Assembly: GCA_003354135.1 (NCBI GenBank)
Contig: PIVK01000009.1
Span: forward strand, 8,766-72,765
Direction of reading: 5' to 3'
From: Rhodospirillales bacterium
GTDB taxonomy: Bacteria; Pseudomonadota; Alphaproteobacteria; Rhodospirillales; GLO-3
DNA: 64,000 bases
The notes beneath the pieces were generated by a model. The model ran no database searches. It was not told the DNA's origin and saw only the letters and a program-made list of their open reading frames with translations. Made by a program: the position numbers and the translations under genes. This document shows positions 9,188 to 21,430 of the stretch, piece after piece (position 1 is the first letter of the stretch; each line of letters begins with the position of its first letter).

Positions 9188-10245
9188 GCGAACGCCAAGC
9201 GGAAATGCAGACCCTGCTGGCCAAGGTGGCAGAGGGAATCAAGCTGAGTGTAGATGAGGCCGAGAAAGCCTTCGACATCATCATGTCCGGCGAGGCCACT
9301 CAGGCGCAGATCGGAGCATTCCTCATGGGGTTGCGCGTGCGCGGCGAAACAGTGGATGAGATCACCGGCGCCGTGCGCATCATGAGGTCCAAGGCCCTGG
9401 CCATCAGGGCCCCCGAGGATGCCATCGACATCGTCGGAACCGGTGGGGACGCGTCCGGGACCTACAACATTTCCACGGGGGCGGCCCTGGTGGTGGCGGG
9501 ATGCGGCGTTCCCGTGGCCAAGCACGGCAACCGGGCGCTGTCGTCCAAATCGGGGGCGGCGGACGTTCTCACGTCCTTGGGCGTCAACATCGATTGCGAT
9601 ATGGGGCTGGTCGAGCAGGCCATTCGCGAGGCTCACATCGGTTTTCTCATGGCGCCGCGCCACCACGCGGCCATGAAGCATGTCGGTGGGCCACGGGTCG
9701 AGATGAAGATAAGGACCATATTCAACCTCTTGGGGCCCCTCAGCAATCCGGCCGGCGTCAAGCGCCAGTTCACGGGGGTCTTTTCCCGTGACTGGATCGT
9801 TCCCATGGCCGAAACCTTGAGAAATCTGGGCTGCGAGAAGGCCTGGGTGGTGCATGGCTCGGACGGTCTGGATGAGATGACCACCACCGGCCCCTCCCAT
9901 GTCGCCCAGCTTGATGGGGGCCAAGTGAGCACTTTCGAGGTGACGCCGGAGGATGCCGGGCTTCCCCGTGCGCTACCGGAAGACCTTAAGGGCGGAGATC
10001 CTGATACCAATGCCGATGCGATTCTCGCCATGCTGGACGGGACACCGGGGCCCTATCGGGACGTGGTGCTCTACAATGCCGCCGGCGGTCTGATCGTGGC
10101 CGAAAAGGCGGAGGATCTCGCCGCGGGTGTCGCCATGGCGGCGGAAGCGGTGGATTCCGGCAAGGCACGTGAGGCCTTGGAAGACTTGGTGGTCATTACC
10201 AACGAGCCCATGGGCGACGACCTGGGGCATGAGGTCGGCGGATGA
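9184..10245 (+). CDS. trpD: Anthranilate phosphoribosyltransferase
   Basis: 'DIVGTGGDASGTYNIST' and 'KHGNRA(L)SSKSGAADVL' motifs. ATG at 9184; the track ORF start at 9058 lies inside trpG. Confidence 0.93.
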   Translation: MSERQAEMQTLLAKVAEGIKLSVDEAEKAFDIIMSGEATQAQIGAFLMGLRVRGETVDEITGAVRIMRSKALAIRAPEDAIDIVGTGGDASGTYNISTGAALVVAGCGVPVAKHGNRALSSKSGAADVLTSLGVNIDCDMGLVEQAIREAHIGFLMAPRHHAAMKHVGGPRVEMKIRTIFNLLGPLSNPAGVKRQFTGVFSRDWIVPMAETLRNLGCEKAWVVHGSDGLDEMTTTGPSHVAQLDGGQVSTFEVTPEDAGLPRALPEDLKGGDPDTNADAILAMLDGTPGPYRDVVLYNAAGGLIVAEKAEDLAAGVAMAAEAVDSGKAREALEDLVVITNEPMGDDLGHEVGG

Positions 10246-11084
10246 GCGATACCCTGCAGAAGATTCTGGCCGACAAGCGCGAGCATGTCGCCGGCTGCAA
10301 GTCGAAACGTCCACTCTCGGAAGTGGAGGCCTCGGCCCGGGATGAGGCGCCCAAGATCCGCGGTTTCGCCGCCAAACTGGTGCATGAGTTGGGGTGCGGC
10401 AGCTACGGGCTGATCGCGGAAATCAAGAAGGCATCTCCGTCCAAGGGATTGATCAGGAAGGATTTATATCCGGCGGATCTCGCCGTGGCCTACGAACGTG
10501 GCGGGGCTACCTGTATTTCGGTGCTGACCGACGGGCCTTACTTCCAGGGCAAGGACGAATATCTGACCGCAGTGCGCAAGGCGACCTCCCTCCCCGTTCT
10601 GCGCAAGGACTTCTTCATCGACCCCTACCAAGTGGTGGAGGCACGCGCGCTGGGAGCCGATTGCATTCTGCTGATCATGGCGGCCCTCTCGGACAGTCAG
10701 ACCCGGGAATTGCTGATCGTGGCCGAGGAGTGGGACCTGGACGTCCTGGTCGAGGTCCACGACGCCCGCGAGATGGAGCGGGCCATGAACCTGCGGGTCG
10801 AACTCATCGGGATCAACAACCGCAACCTGAAGACTCTGGACGTGGATCTGGCCACCACCGAGGAATTGGCAAAACAGGTGGCGCCGGGTCGGGTCTTGGT
10901 GGCCGAGAGCGGGCTTTATACCCGGGCCGACCTTGATCGTATGGCCCGAGCGGGGGCCGAGTGTTTTCTGGTGGGCGAATCCCTGATGCGCCGGCCGGAT
11001 GTCGAGGCTGCGGTGCGCGAGCTTTTGGGCGACAAGGGGCCGAGGCCGCATGAAGGCCCCGTAGAACCGAGTTTCGGAGGCTGA
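10242..11084 (+). CDS. trpC: Indole-3-glycerol phosphate synthase
   Basis: '[12 protein letters not shown]', 'ISVLTD', 'GINNRNLKT' motifs. Start overlaps the trpD stop (ATGA). Confidence 0.93.
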   Translation: MSDTLQKILADKREHVAGCKSKRPLSEVEASARDEAPKIRGFAAKLVHELGCGSYGLIAEIKKASPSKGLIRKDLYPADLAVAYERGGATCISVLTDGPYFQGKDEYLTAVRKATSLPVLRKDFFIDPYQVVEARALGADCILLIMAALSDSQTRELLIVAEEWDLDVLVEVHDAREMERAMNLRVELIGINNRNLKTLDVDLATTEELAKQVAPGRVLVAESGLYTRADLDRMARAGAECFLVGESLMRRPDVEAAVRELLGDKGPRPHEGPVEPSFGG

Positions 11085-11086
11085 TC

Positions 11087-11563
11087 ATGGCCGAATTTAC
11101 CCATTTCGACCCCCAAGGCAACGCCGTGATGGTCGATGTCTCGGATAAGGATACGACCGAGAGAACGGCGACCGCCAAGGGATCGGTGATCATGCAGCCC
11201 GAGACCCTCTCCAGGATCATGGAAGGCGGGGTAAAGAAGGGAGACGTCCTTACCGTCGCCCAGTTGGCGGGTATCATGGGGGCGAAGCGGACGCCCGACC
11301 TGATCCCGCTCTGTCACCCTCTCAATCTGACGTCCGTCAAGGTGGACCTGGAATGCGATGGGGCGCGCAACGCCGTCGACATCACGGCGACGGCCAAGCT
11401 CAAGGGTCGCACTGGGGTCGAGATGGAGGCGCTGACCGCCGTCTCGGTCGCAGCGCTCACCGTCTATGATATGTGCAAGGCGGTGGACAAGGGGATGCGG
11501 ATCACGGACATCCGCCTCGTACGCAAGGCGGGTGGTAAGTCCGGGGAATTCAAGGCGGATTGA
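11087..11563 (+). CDS. moaC: Cyclic pyranopterin monophosphate synthase
   Basis: 158 aa: '[18 protein letters not shown]', '[27 protein letters not shown]'. Starts 2 nt after trpC. Confidence 0.92.
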   Translation: MAEFTHFDPQGNAVMVDVSDKDTTERTATAKGSVIMQPETLSRIMEGGVKKGDVLTVAQLAGIMGAKRTPDLIPLCHPLNLTSVKVDLECDGARNAVDITATAKLKGRTGVEMEALTAVSVAALTVYDMCKAVDKGMRITDIRLVRKAGGKSGEFKAD

Positions 11564-11743
11564 AGAATCGGCGATCACTGCCGGCCGGATCGAATTTTGT
11601 TCAAATAATACGGTTTGTACAAATTTGTAAAGCCGGTGTGGAAGCGAGCCGACCCCGGAAATGAACGGGGCGGACCTTCTCTTGAGAACGGGCGTTTGGC
11701 GGTTTTTCTCGGCTCTCCGGCGGGGACCCTGCAGATTCAAGGC

Positions 11744-11772
11744 TTGACGAAACGTCGGAACCAAACTAGAAC
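11744..11772 (+). promoter_or_regulatory. Candidate lexA promoter (TTGACG-N17-TAGAAC)
   Basis: -35 TTGACG at 11744-11749, 17-nt spacer, -10 TAGAAC at 11767-11772. The -10 and spacer are covered by SOS box 1. Confidence 0.4.
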
Positions 11773-11795
11773 ATGTCAGGGTTTTTGTTTTGTTC
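11758..11795 (+). promoter_or_regulatory. Alphaproteobacterial-type LexA operator pair (SOS boxes)
   Basis: Perfect GAAC-N7-GAAC at 11758-11772 (GAACcaaactaGAAC). Eight bp further on is an inverted, one-mismatch copy, GTTT-N7-GTTC, at 11781-11795. Lies 94-131 bp upstream of the lexA ATG. Confidence 0.65.
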
Positions 11796-11888
11796 CTGGC
11801 GCGGTTTGCAGCGGCTCCCTGCCCGGGACGAACGTAGCGGGTTGCCGGACAAAGTCCGGATGGCCCGAGGTGGCAAAGGTAAACGGCC

Positions 11889-12590
11889 ATGTTGACCAAG
11901 AAGCAATATGAACTGCTGATCTACATCGATCACCATCTGCGGGATACCGGCGTCTCGCCCTCTTTCGACGAGATGAAGGAGGCATTGGGACTCAAGTCCA
12001 AGTCGGGCATTCACCGCCTAATCACGGGGCTGGAGGAACGGGGTTTTATCCGCCGCCTCCCCCATCGTGCCCGAGCCTTGGAGGTCATCAAACTCCCCGA
12101 AAATATGGACGGACGGGATCTTCCGGCGCCACGCCTCGCAACCCGGTTTCATCCCAACGTGATCAAGATGTCGGGGATCCAGCCCGCCGAAAAGCCGAGT
12201 TCCAACGAGGCGGTGGAACTGCCGCTTTGGGGCCGCATTGCGGCCGGGACGCCCATTGAGGCCCTGCGTGACCATTCCCATTCGGTCGACGTTCCGGCCA
12301 GTATGTTGACCCGGGGGGAACACTTCGCCCTTGAGGTGGAAGGTGATTCCATGATCGAGGCCGGAATCCAGGACGGCGACACGGTGGTGATCCGGCGTAC
12401 GGAAACGGCGGAGAACGGCACCATCGTCGTGGCGCTGGTCAACGATGAGGAAGCGACGCTCAAACGCATCCGCAGGAAGGGAGCTTCCATCGCGCTGGAA
12501 CCCGCCAACAAGGACTACGAAACCCGCATATTCGGCCCGGACCAGGTGAAGGTTCAGGGTCGGCTGATCGGGTTGCTCCGGCAGTATTGA
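11889..12590 (+). CDS. lexA: LexA repressor (SOS regulator, S24 self-cleaving peptidase)
   Basis: N-terminal wHTH '[16 protein letters not shown]...SFDEM'. Cleavage region '[11 protein letters not shown]', catalytic '[11 protein letters not shown]' Ser and 'ATLKRI' Lys. Confidence 0.95.
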   Translation: MLTKKQYELLIYIDHHLRDTGVSPSFDEMKEALGLKSKSGIHRLITGLEERGFIRRLPHRARALEVIKLPENMDGRDLPAPRLATRFHPNVIKMSGIQPAEKPSSNEAVELPLWGRIAAGTPIEALRDHSHSVDVPASMLTRGEHFALEVEGDSMIEAGIQDGDTVVIRRTETAENGTIVVALVNDEEATLKRIRRKGASIALEPANKDYETRIFGPDQVKVQGRLIGLLRQY

Positions 12591-12616
12591 GTCTGTTTGG
12601 CCCCGGATTCTGGATA

Positions 12617-14773
12617 CTAGAACCCCGAGGCGCGCGGCCGAAGGACCCAGGGCCTACGGCCTCGGGAATTGTTCACGCTTTCGACCCGAATACGGCCGTT
12701 CGTGCCAATCCACAGCGCATGAGTTCCCTCCTGCCACAGGTCGAAGCGATCGACCACCACGCCGGGACCTGGGCAAGGTTGGCGGATGGGCACCAGACTG
12801 ATTAGCGCGTCGACACGTGGGCAGTCCTCCAGGAGCGCACCGGGTTTGCGGACTACGGCGACGGTTCGTCCCCGCGCCTTGTAGATGCAGCCGAGGGAGT
12901 CGCAGCTAAGCCATCCGCCGGTCCCCGCTTCCTCGGTATTCTCCGGCCAGGGCTCCATCCTCGCGGTGCCCGCGCGGCGCAGCCAGACGTCGCGTTCAAA
13001 ACGCGCGCTTCTGAGAGATGACACCGCGAGATGGCCGTCCGGCGTTCGGGCCGCGACCACCCGCGCTTTTCCATCGACGAGCAGGTCTGGCGGGGCTGTC
13101 CAAGGAAAGACGGCAAAACCGGCAACGATACCGACGGCCCCCAGCCGGCGCCACGGCATGCGCCATAGACACAGCCACAGGCCCGACAGGGACACCAGCG
13201 CCAGAAGGGACGTGGACATGGCGGGCAGCACAGTGACGGCCCCGGGCCAGGAGGCGACCGTGCGGGCCACGTACAAGACCACGTCGATCCCCCACGACAT
13301 CGGCACCAAGGCCCAGCTTTCCAAACCCAATGGCATCAGAAGGAAGGCGATGACGATCCAGGGCATGACCCAGAGGGCGGTTACGGGGACTGCAGCCATG
13401 TTGGCCGCCAGCCCGAAGGCGGCGAACCGATTGAAGTGGTAGATCGCGAATGGTGCCGTCGCGGTACCGGCGATCAGCGTGGTCACCGCTACGCCGGCCA
13501 GGTACAGCGCGATGATGCGGAGCGGCCCCCGCTTCCCCCTGCCCCCGAAATGGCCTCTCAGGGCTTCGAAAACCGCGACCAGGGCAATCACGGCGGCGAA
13601 CGACATTTGGAAGCTTGCGCCGAGAATGCTTTCCGGCCTGATCAGGAGGATCACCAGCGCCGCCCAGGCGACGAGACGCATGCTGATGCCACGCCGGTCC
13701 ACCAGGACGGCGAGCAACACCAGTCCAATCATCAGGAAGGCGCGCAAGGTGGGGATCGTGGCGCCCGCCAGCAGGGCATAGGCGAAAGCTCCCGGGATGG
13801 CCGCCGCCGCCGCCCATTTCTTGATCGGGTAACGCAGTGCCAGCGGCGGCACAAGGGCGAGTGCTGCGCGCACCCCGACGAACAGGACGCCCGCCACCAG
13901 GCCGATGTGTAGGCCCGAGATGGCCAGCAGGTGCGCTAACCCGGAATCCCTTATAGCCTCCATCAGGTCCGGTGCGACGGTTCGACGCTCGCCGGTCATC
14001 AGGGCTGCGGCGACTGTGCCTCGTTCGCCGGGCAGGGCCGCATGGATGCGCCGGGTTACATTGTGACGCAGTTCCGCAAGCCCAAGGAGAATGCTGTCCA
14101 GCCCTTGTGTGGCCCTGCGGTCCGTGATCTCGGCCGGCCCCAAGGCCCAGCCGACCCCTCCGAGTCCGTCAAAGAAGGCCCGGCGCTGGAAGTCGAAGGC
14201 CCCCGGCGCTGCGGGCGGCGGTGGCGGGACCAGTTGGGCGCGGAGTGTGATCCTGTCTCCTGGCTGCAGGGCGGGCTGGGGGCCTTTTAAAATGATCCGT
14301 ACGCGCTTCGGCGTTCGGTGGGGGTCGAGACCGGCGATGTGGACCTTGTCCAGGCGGATGCGCGACCCTTTGGGTAGCGTTTCCATCCCCACCACCCGTC
14401 CCGTCACCCCGGTGGGGCCGATCTGACGCTCCAGAGCCGGCGCGGTGACCAAGACCGTTCGCCATTGGGCGACCGAGAACCCAAGGGCAAGGAGCCCGAA
14501 AGCCGTTGCCAGGAGTAAGATCTTCCCGCGCGCCCGTTTCAGCCACCCGGCGACAATTGCGGCGAGAATACAAGCCGTTCCCAGCCACAAAGGTGGCTCG
14601 ACGGGCACTGCGAAGTAGAGCCCGATGCCGATACCCAGTATAACCGGAGCCCATAGGATCCACCGATCCTGCTCACCGGCCAACGCGGCGAGGGCGGCTT
14701 GCACTGCAGCACGAGGCGCCAAGGCCGCCCAAATACGTGAAATTCCTGATCTGTCTGGAATTCGCGCGGCCAT
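12617..14773 (-). CDS. comEC: ComEC/Rec2 family DNA-internalisation channel protein
   Basis: Polytopic membrane protein with the competence-domain signature 'GLAHLLAISGLHIG'. Start moved to ATG 14773 ('MAARIPDRS'), because the track start at 14911 overlaps divergent gltX. I see no HxHxDH metallo-beta-lactamase motif in the C-terminal region. Confidence 0.8.
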   Translation of the reverse strand: MAARIPDRSGISRIWAALAPRAAVQAALAALAGEQDRWILWAPVILGIGIGLYFAVPVEPPLWLGTACILAAIVAGWLKRARGKILLLATAFGLLALGFSVAQWRTVLVTAPALERQIGPTGVTGRVVGMETLPKGSRIRLDKVHIAGLDPHRTPKRVRIILKGPQPALQPGDRITLRAQLVPPPPPAAPGAFDFQRRAFFDGLGGVGWALGPAEITDRRATQGLDSILLGLAELRHNVTRRIHAALPGERGTVAAALMTGERRTVAPDLMEAIRDSGLAHLLAISGLHIGLVAGVLFVGVRAALALVPPLALRYPIKKWAAAAAIPGAFAYALLAGATIPTLRAFLMIGLVLLAVLVDRRGISMRLVAWAALVILLIRPESILGASFQMSFAAVIALVAVFEALRGHFGGRGKRGPLRIIALYLAGVAVTTLIAGTATAPFAIYHFNRFAAFGLAANMAAVPVTALWVMPWIVIAFLLMPLGLESWALVPMSWGIDVVLYVARTVASWPGAVTVLPAMSTSLLALVSLSGLWLCLWRMPWRRLGAVGIVAGFAVFPWTAPPDLLVDGKARVVAARTPDGHLAVSSLRSARFERDVWLRRAGTARMEPWPENTEEAGTGGWLSCDSLGCIYKARGRTVAVVRKPGALLEDCPRVDALISLVPIRQPCPGPGVVVDRFDLWQEGTHALWIGTNGRIRVESVNNSRGRRPWVLRPRASGF

Positions 14774-14849
14774 TTCCCCATGCTTTTTGCTGCAATTGCG
14801 AACGGGGTGTGGTACATCCCCATGGATGGAACGGGATTTACTGTAGCAG

Positions 14850-16289
14850 ATGATGTCCACGAAATCAGACGGGAACGGAGCGGTCATAACGCGCTTTGCC
14901 CCCTCGCCCACCGGCTACCTTCACATCGGCGGCGCCCGCACGGCGTTGTTCAACTGGCTCTATGCCAAGCACTTCGGGGGCCGGTTCCTGCTCCGCATCG
15001 AGGATACCGACCGTAAGCGATCGACCCAGGAGGCCGTGGATGCCATCAAGGATGGCCTGCGATGGATGGGGCTCGATTGGGACGGCGAGGCCGTCAGCCA
15101 GTTCGGTCGCGCGCCGCGCCACATGGAGGTGGCGGAAGCACTGCTGGCCAAAGGCAAGGCCTACCGCTGCTACCTTTCGCCCGAGGAACTGCAGGAGATG
15201 CGGGATAAATCCCGGGCTGCGAAACAGTCCAAGGCGGTGATCAGCCCCTGGCGCGACCGCGATCCTTCGGAAGCTCCGGCCGGCGTCGATCCCGTGATCC
15301 GGTTGCGCGCCTCGCATGAGGGGGAGACCGTGGTCCAGGACGCCATCCAGGGCGAGGTCAAGGTTGCCAACGACCAGATGGACGACATGGTGCTGCTGCG
15401 GGCCGATGGCACACCCACCTATATGCTGGCGGTGGTGGTGGACGACCACGACATGGGGATCACCCATGTCATCCGCGGCGACGACCACCTAACCAACACC
15501 TTCCGTCAGATGCAGATCTACGATGCCCTGGGATGGGAGCTGCCGGTTTTTGCCCATCAGGCCCTCATGCATGGCAACGACGGGGCCAAGCTTTCCAAGC
15601 GCCACGGGGCGGTGGGCCTGGGGCAGTACCGGGATCAGGGATTCCTGCCCGAGGCCCTGCGCAACTACCTTCTGCGCATCGGTTGGGGCCACGGCGACGA
15701 CGAGATCATCTCGACCGAGCAGGCGATCGAATGGTTTGACCTCGACGGCGTCGGCAAGTCGGCGGCGCGATTCGATATGGACAAGCTCTCCAACCTCAAC
15801 GGCCACTATATCCGCGAGGCCGATGATGCGCGATTGGTGTCTCTGGTCCTGCCGCGTCTTGAAGACATGCTGGATGGAGCCTTGGCGGCGGAGGCGGCGG
15901 AGCGGCTGTCACGGGGGATCACATCCTTGAAGGATCGAGCGAAGACAATTGTGGAACTATCTGAAAACGCGGCGTTTTATGTCCGGGAGCGGCCGGTGCC
16001 GGTGAACGATAAGGCAGCCAAGCTGCTTGACAAGGATGGGGCGCGAGACCTGCTGGCCCGCTTCTGCGGGAAACTAACGTCGGCGGGAGACTGGACGGAG
16101 GAAACCCTGGACGCCATTTCCCGGGATTTCGCGGAAGCCGAGGACGTTAAGCTGGGCAGGATTGCCCAGCCGCTGCGCGCCGCGCTCACGGGCTCCAACG
16201 CCTCCCCCGGGATCTTCGAGGTGATGGTCGTTCTGGGACGGGAAGAGTCCTTTGGACGCATCGGCGATGCGCTTGCACACACGGATTGA
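14850..16289 (+). CDS. gltX: Glutamyl-tRNA synthetase
   Basis: Class I aaRS: '[19 protein letters not shown]' (HIGH) and 'KLSKRHG' (KMSKS). Confidence 0.95.
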   Translation: MMSTKSDGNGAVITRFAPSPTGYLHIGGARTALFNWLYAKHFGGRFLLRIEDTDRKRSTQEAVDAIKDGLRWMGLDWDGEAVSQFGRAPRHMEVAEALLAKGKAYRCYLSPEELQEMRDKSRAAKQSKAVISPWRDRDPSEAPAGVDPVIRLRASHEGETVVQDAIQGEVKVANDQMDDMVLLRADGTPTYMLAVVVDDHDMGITHVIRGDDHLTNTFRQMQIYDALGWELPVFAHQALMHGNDGAKLSKRHGAVGLGQYRDQGFLPEALRNYLLRIGWGHGDDEIISTEQAIEWFDLDGVGKSAARFDMDKLSNLNGHYIREADDARLVSLVLPRLEDMLDGALAAEAAERLSRGITSLKDRAKTIVELSENAAFYVRERPVPVNDKAAKLLDKDGARDLLARFCGKLTSAGDWTEETLDAISRDFAEAEDVKLGRIAQPLRAALTGSNASPGIFEVMVVLGREESFGRIGDALAHTD

Positions 16290-16348
16290 AGAGGCGGTCC
16301 ATACCGCCCACATGCACATGTAACTAACGGACCAAAAAGGTGATAGCC

Positions 16349-17665
16349 ATGACGGACACGACGAACGGCGAGCGGAAAACGGTCACCATTACCGACAACC
16401 GCGACGGCAAGAGCTGGGATTTCCCCATCCTCGAAGGCTCGACGGGGCCGGATGTCATCGACGTACGGCGGCTCTATGCGGACACGGGGTTCTTCACCTT
16501 CGATCCCGGCTTCACTTCCACCGGCAGCTGTGAATCCCGCATCACCTTCATCGACGGGGAAAAGGGCATCCTGATGCACCGCGGCTACCGCATCGAGGAT
16601 TTGGCCGAGCATTCGGACTACCTGGACGTCTGTTATCTTCTGCTCAACGGCGAGCTTCCCGGTCAGGGACAGAAGGACAAGTTCGTCTACGACGTCACCC
16701 ATCACACCATGCTGCATGAGCAACTGATCAATTTTTACAAGGGGTTCCGCCGGGATTCGCACCCCATGGCGATCATGGTCGGCATCATCGGCGCGCTTTC
16801 GGCCTTCTATCACGACAGCCTCGACATCAACGACCCCAGGCATCGCATGGTGGCGTCTTACCGCCTGATCGCCAAGATGCCCACCATCGCCGCCATGGCC
16901 TACAAGTATTCCATCGGCCAGCCCTTTGTGTATCCGCAGAACAACATAGGCTTTGCCGAGAACTTCCTGCACATGATGTTCGCCACCCCTTGCGAGCCCT
17001 ACGACATCAATCCGGTCCTGGCGCGCGCCATGGACCGCATCCTGATCCTCCATGCGGATCATGAGCAGAACGCCTCCACCTCGACCGTGCGCATCGCCGG
17101 CTCGTCGGCCGCCAATCCCTTCGCCTGCATCGCGTCGGGCATCGCCTCGCTGTGGGGTCCGGCACACGGCGGCGCCAACGAGGCCGTGCTCAACATGCTG
17201 ACGGAGATCGGCACCAAGGACCGCATCCCCGAGTTCGTCAAGCGGGCCAAGGACAAGTCGGACCCCTTCCGCCTCATGGGTTTCGGGCACCGTGTCTACA
17301 AGAACTACGACCCGCGCGCAGCGGTTTTAAAACAGAGCGCACATGACGTGCTGGAGGACCTGGGCGTGCACGATGAACCGCTGCTGGAGGTGGCCATGGA
17401 ACTGGAACGCATCACGCTGGAGGACGAGTACTTCATCGAGAAGAAGCTGTTCCCCAATGTCGACTTCTATTCCGGCATCATCTTCAAGGCCCTGGGGATT
17501 CCCACCTCCATGTTCACGGTGCTGTTCGCGATGGCCCGTACGGTGGGTTGGGTCGCCCAGTGGAACGAGATGATCGAGGACCCGAAGCAGAAGATCGGCC
17601 GCCCCCGCCAGCTCTACACCGGCCAGACGGAGCGGCGCTACAAACACCTACGCGAACGGGGGTAG
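16349..17665 (+). CDS. gltA: Citrate synthase (type II)
   Basis: '[16 protein letters not shown]', '[10 protein letters not shown]', '[15 protein letters not shown]' motifs. ATG 16349 is preceded by AAAGGTGA; the alternative is GTG at 16340. Confidence 0.95.
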   Translation: MTDTTNGERKTVTITDNRDGKSWDFPILEGSTGPDVIDVRRLYADTGFFTFDPGFTSTGSCESRITFIDGEKGILMHRGYRIEDLAEHSDYLDVCYLLLNGELPGQGQKDKFVYDVTHHTMLHEQLINFYKGFRRDSHPMAIMVGIIGALSAFYHDSLDINDPRHRMVASYRLIAKMPTIAAMAYKYSIGQPFVYPQNNIGFAENFLHMMFATPCEPYDINPVLARAMDRILILHADHEQNASTSTVRIAGSSAANPFACIASGIASLWGPAHGGANEAVLNMLTEIGTKDRIPEFVKRAKDKSDPFRLMGFGHRVYKNYDPRAAVLKQSAHDVLEDLGVHDEPLLEVAMELERITLEDEYFIEKKLFPNVDFYSGIIFKALGIPTSMFTVLFAMARTVGWVAQWNEMIEDPKQKIGRPRQLYTGQTERRYKHLRERG

Positions 17666-17747
17666 GGTTCCGCTTAGCCCCCTCTTGGCACGGCGTCTCC
17701 GATCTGGCAAAAGGGGCGCCGTTCTCCGTTTCAGGAAAGACAATCCC

Positions 17748-19442
<1,695 letters not shown>

Positions 19443-19552
19443 GCCACACCCGGCAGACCGCATCCCGTTTCGGGGGGGGCAGGTTGAGACGCAATTTGCG
19501 ATCAAGCGGCAGATACGCTTGAAATTACACGGTTTTTGCATCACAATACGGT

Positions 19553-21430
19553 ATGGAAATCCAGGGAATGACAGCTGAGATCGGGGTCGTCTTGGCTCTG
19601 CTCTCGTTTACGATTTTCCTTTTCGTTTCCGAAATCGTACGCGTCGACGTCGCCGCCGTTCTGATCATGATTTTGCTAGGGCTTCTCAGCACCGTTCCGG
19701 GGCTGCAGAACCTGGCGGATATCAGGCATCTCTTCGACGGGTTCGCGAGCAACGCCGTCATCTCCATCATTGCCGTGATGATCATTGGCTCGGGCCTCGA
19801 CCGCACCGGCATGATGTCCCGTGTGGCGGGCTGGATACTGAAGTTCGGGGGTGCGACCGAGGCCCGCGTCATTCCCATCGTTTCGGGTACGGTGGCTGTT
19901 ATTTCGTCGTTCATGCAGAACGTCGGGGCTGCGGCCCTGTTCCTTCCCGTGGTTTCCCGCATTGCCTTGCGGGCCGAACTTCCTTTGTCCCGTCTGCTCA
20001 TGCCCATGGGGTTTTGCGCCATCCTGGGCGGGACCATGACGTTGGTCGGTTCCTCGCCGCTGATCCTGCTCAACGATCTTATTCAGAGCGCGAACAAAAG
20101 CCTTCCCGTGGATCGGCAGATGGAGGCTTTCCACCTTTTTGACGTGGCGCCGATCGGGCTGTCGTTGGTCGTTGCAGGGGTTCTCTATTTCGTGCTGGCG
20201 GGGCGTTTCGTTCTGCCGAGCGTTCGTTCCAAGGACCTGGGCCGTGCGCAAAGCGTGACCGACTACTTCAACCGCATCTACGGAATCGACGCCCGCATCT
20301 ACGAGGTCTTCGTGCCCGAAAGCAGCCTGTTGGTCGGCGATGCGATCGCCGACGTCAACGACCAATTCAACATCAACGTCATCGCCACCAGCTACAAGGG
20401 GCGGACCCGTTTTGAGCCTTCCCCCGACTTTCAGATCGAGGCGCCTTGCAAACTGGCGGTGATGGGATCGTTTCTTTCGGCCGGCCTGCTCGTTGAACAG
20501 ACCGGGCTGATCATCCGCCACCGGCTGGAGGCCTTCGCCGAAGATCTTTCGCCCTTGCATTCGGGCATCGCCGAGATCGTCGTTCCACCGGAATCCGACG
20601 TCATCGATCAGACGCCTGCGGATATCAAGTTCCGCGAGACCTTCGGCATGACCCTGTTGGCCGTCCATCGCGGCGGCAAGGTATTGAGCCGGGTCGGCGG
20701 CGAAGGGCATGACCGGGTGCGCATTGGCGGCCTTCCACTGCAGGTTGGCGACACTCTGGTCGGGCACACGACCTGGCAGAACCTGTCCCGCCTCGCCAAG
20801 GACCGCAATTTCGTCGTGGTGACCAGCGAATACCCCCACGAGGAGTTCCGGCCGCAAAAGGTCGCACCGGCCCTGCTCTTTTTTGCGTTGGCCATCGGAC
20901 TGGTCCTGTTCTCCGAACTGCGGTTGTCGCTCTGCCTGTTGGTGGGTGCGATGGGCATGGTGCTGACGCGGGTTCTCAGCATGGACGAGGCGTACAAGGC
21001 GGTGAACTGGACCACGGTCTTCCTGCTGGCGGGCCTCCTTCCCCTGGGGCAGGCGGTTCAGGCGACCGGCACAGCCCAGTGGATCGCCCAGATGGTCATT
21101 CAGTTTCTGGGGGATGTGCCGGTATGGCAGATGCAGGCCGTCGTTGCCGTGCTCGCGACCCTGTTCACGCTGGTCATGTCCAACGTGGGAGCCACGGTGC
21201 TGCTGGTGCCGCTGGCGGTCAACCTTGCCGTCGCGAGCGGTGGGGACCCGGCGATCTTTGCGTTGACGGTCGCCATCTCCACGTCGAACTCGTTTCTGAT
21301 CCCCACCCATCAGGTCAACGCCCTGATCATGGGCCCCGGGGGCTACACGGTCATGGACTTCATGCGCTCGGGCGGCGTGATGACCCTGCTGTTCCTCGTC
21401 GTCTCTCTGGTGGTGCTGAACCTCATGTGA
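19553..21430 (+). CDS. SLC13/DASS-type anion permease with two central TrkA-C (RCK_C) domains
   Basis: 625 aa. N- and C-terminal polytopic membrane halves flank two soluble repeats ('ARIYEVFVPESSLLVGDAI...' and 'GIAEIVVPPESDVIDQTPADI...'). Confidence 0.75.
   Translation: MEIQGMTAEIGVVLALLSFTIFLFVSEIVRVDVAAVLIMILLGLLSTVPGLQNLADIRHLFDGFASNAVISIIAVMIIGSGLDRTGMMSRVAGWILKFGGATEARVIPIVSGTVAVISSFMQNVGAAALFLPVVSRIALRAELPLSRLLMPMGFCAILGGTMTLVGSSPLILLNDLIQSANKSLPVDRQMEAFHLFDVAPIGLSLVVAGVLYFVLAGRFVLPSVRSKDLGRAQSVTDYFNRIYGIDARIYEVFVPESSLLVGDAIADVNDQFNINVIATSYKGRTRFEPSPDFQIEAPCKLAVMGSFLSAGLLVEQTGLIIRHRLEAFAEDLSPLHSGIAEIVVPPESDVIDQTPADIKFRETFGMTLLAVHRGGKVLSRVGGEGHDRVRIGGLPLQVGDTLVGHTTWQNLSRLAKDRNFVVVTSEYPHEEFRPQKVAPALLFFALAIGLVLFSELRLSLCLLVGAMGMVLTRVLSMDEAYKAVNWTTVFLLAGLLPLGQAVQATGTAQWIAQMVIQFLGDVPVWQMQAVVAVLATLFTLVMSNVGATVLLVPLAVNLAVASGGDPAIFALTVAISTSNSFLIPTHQVNALIMGPGGYTVMDFMRSGGVMTLLFLVVSLVVLNLM

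Noticed and set aside
11615-11911. 98-aa ORF filling the moaC-lexA intergenic region
   Set aside because: It overlaps the lexA promoter, SOS boxes and lexA start, has no Shine-Dalgarno sequence, and its composition changes abruptly from AT-rich to GC-rich. It is treated as non-coding, and the region is reported instead as a regulatory curiosity.
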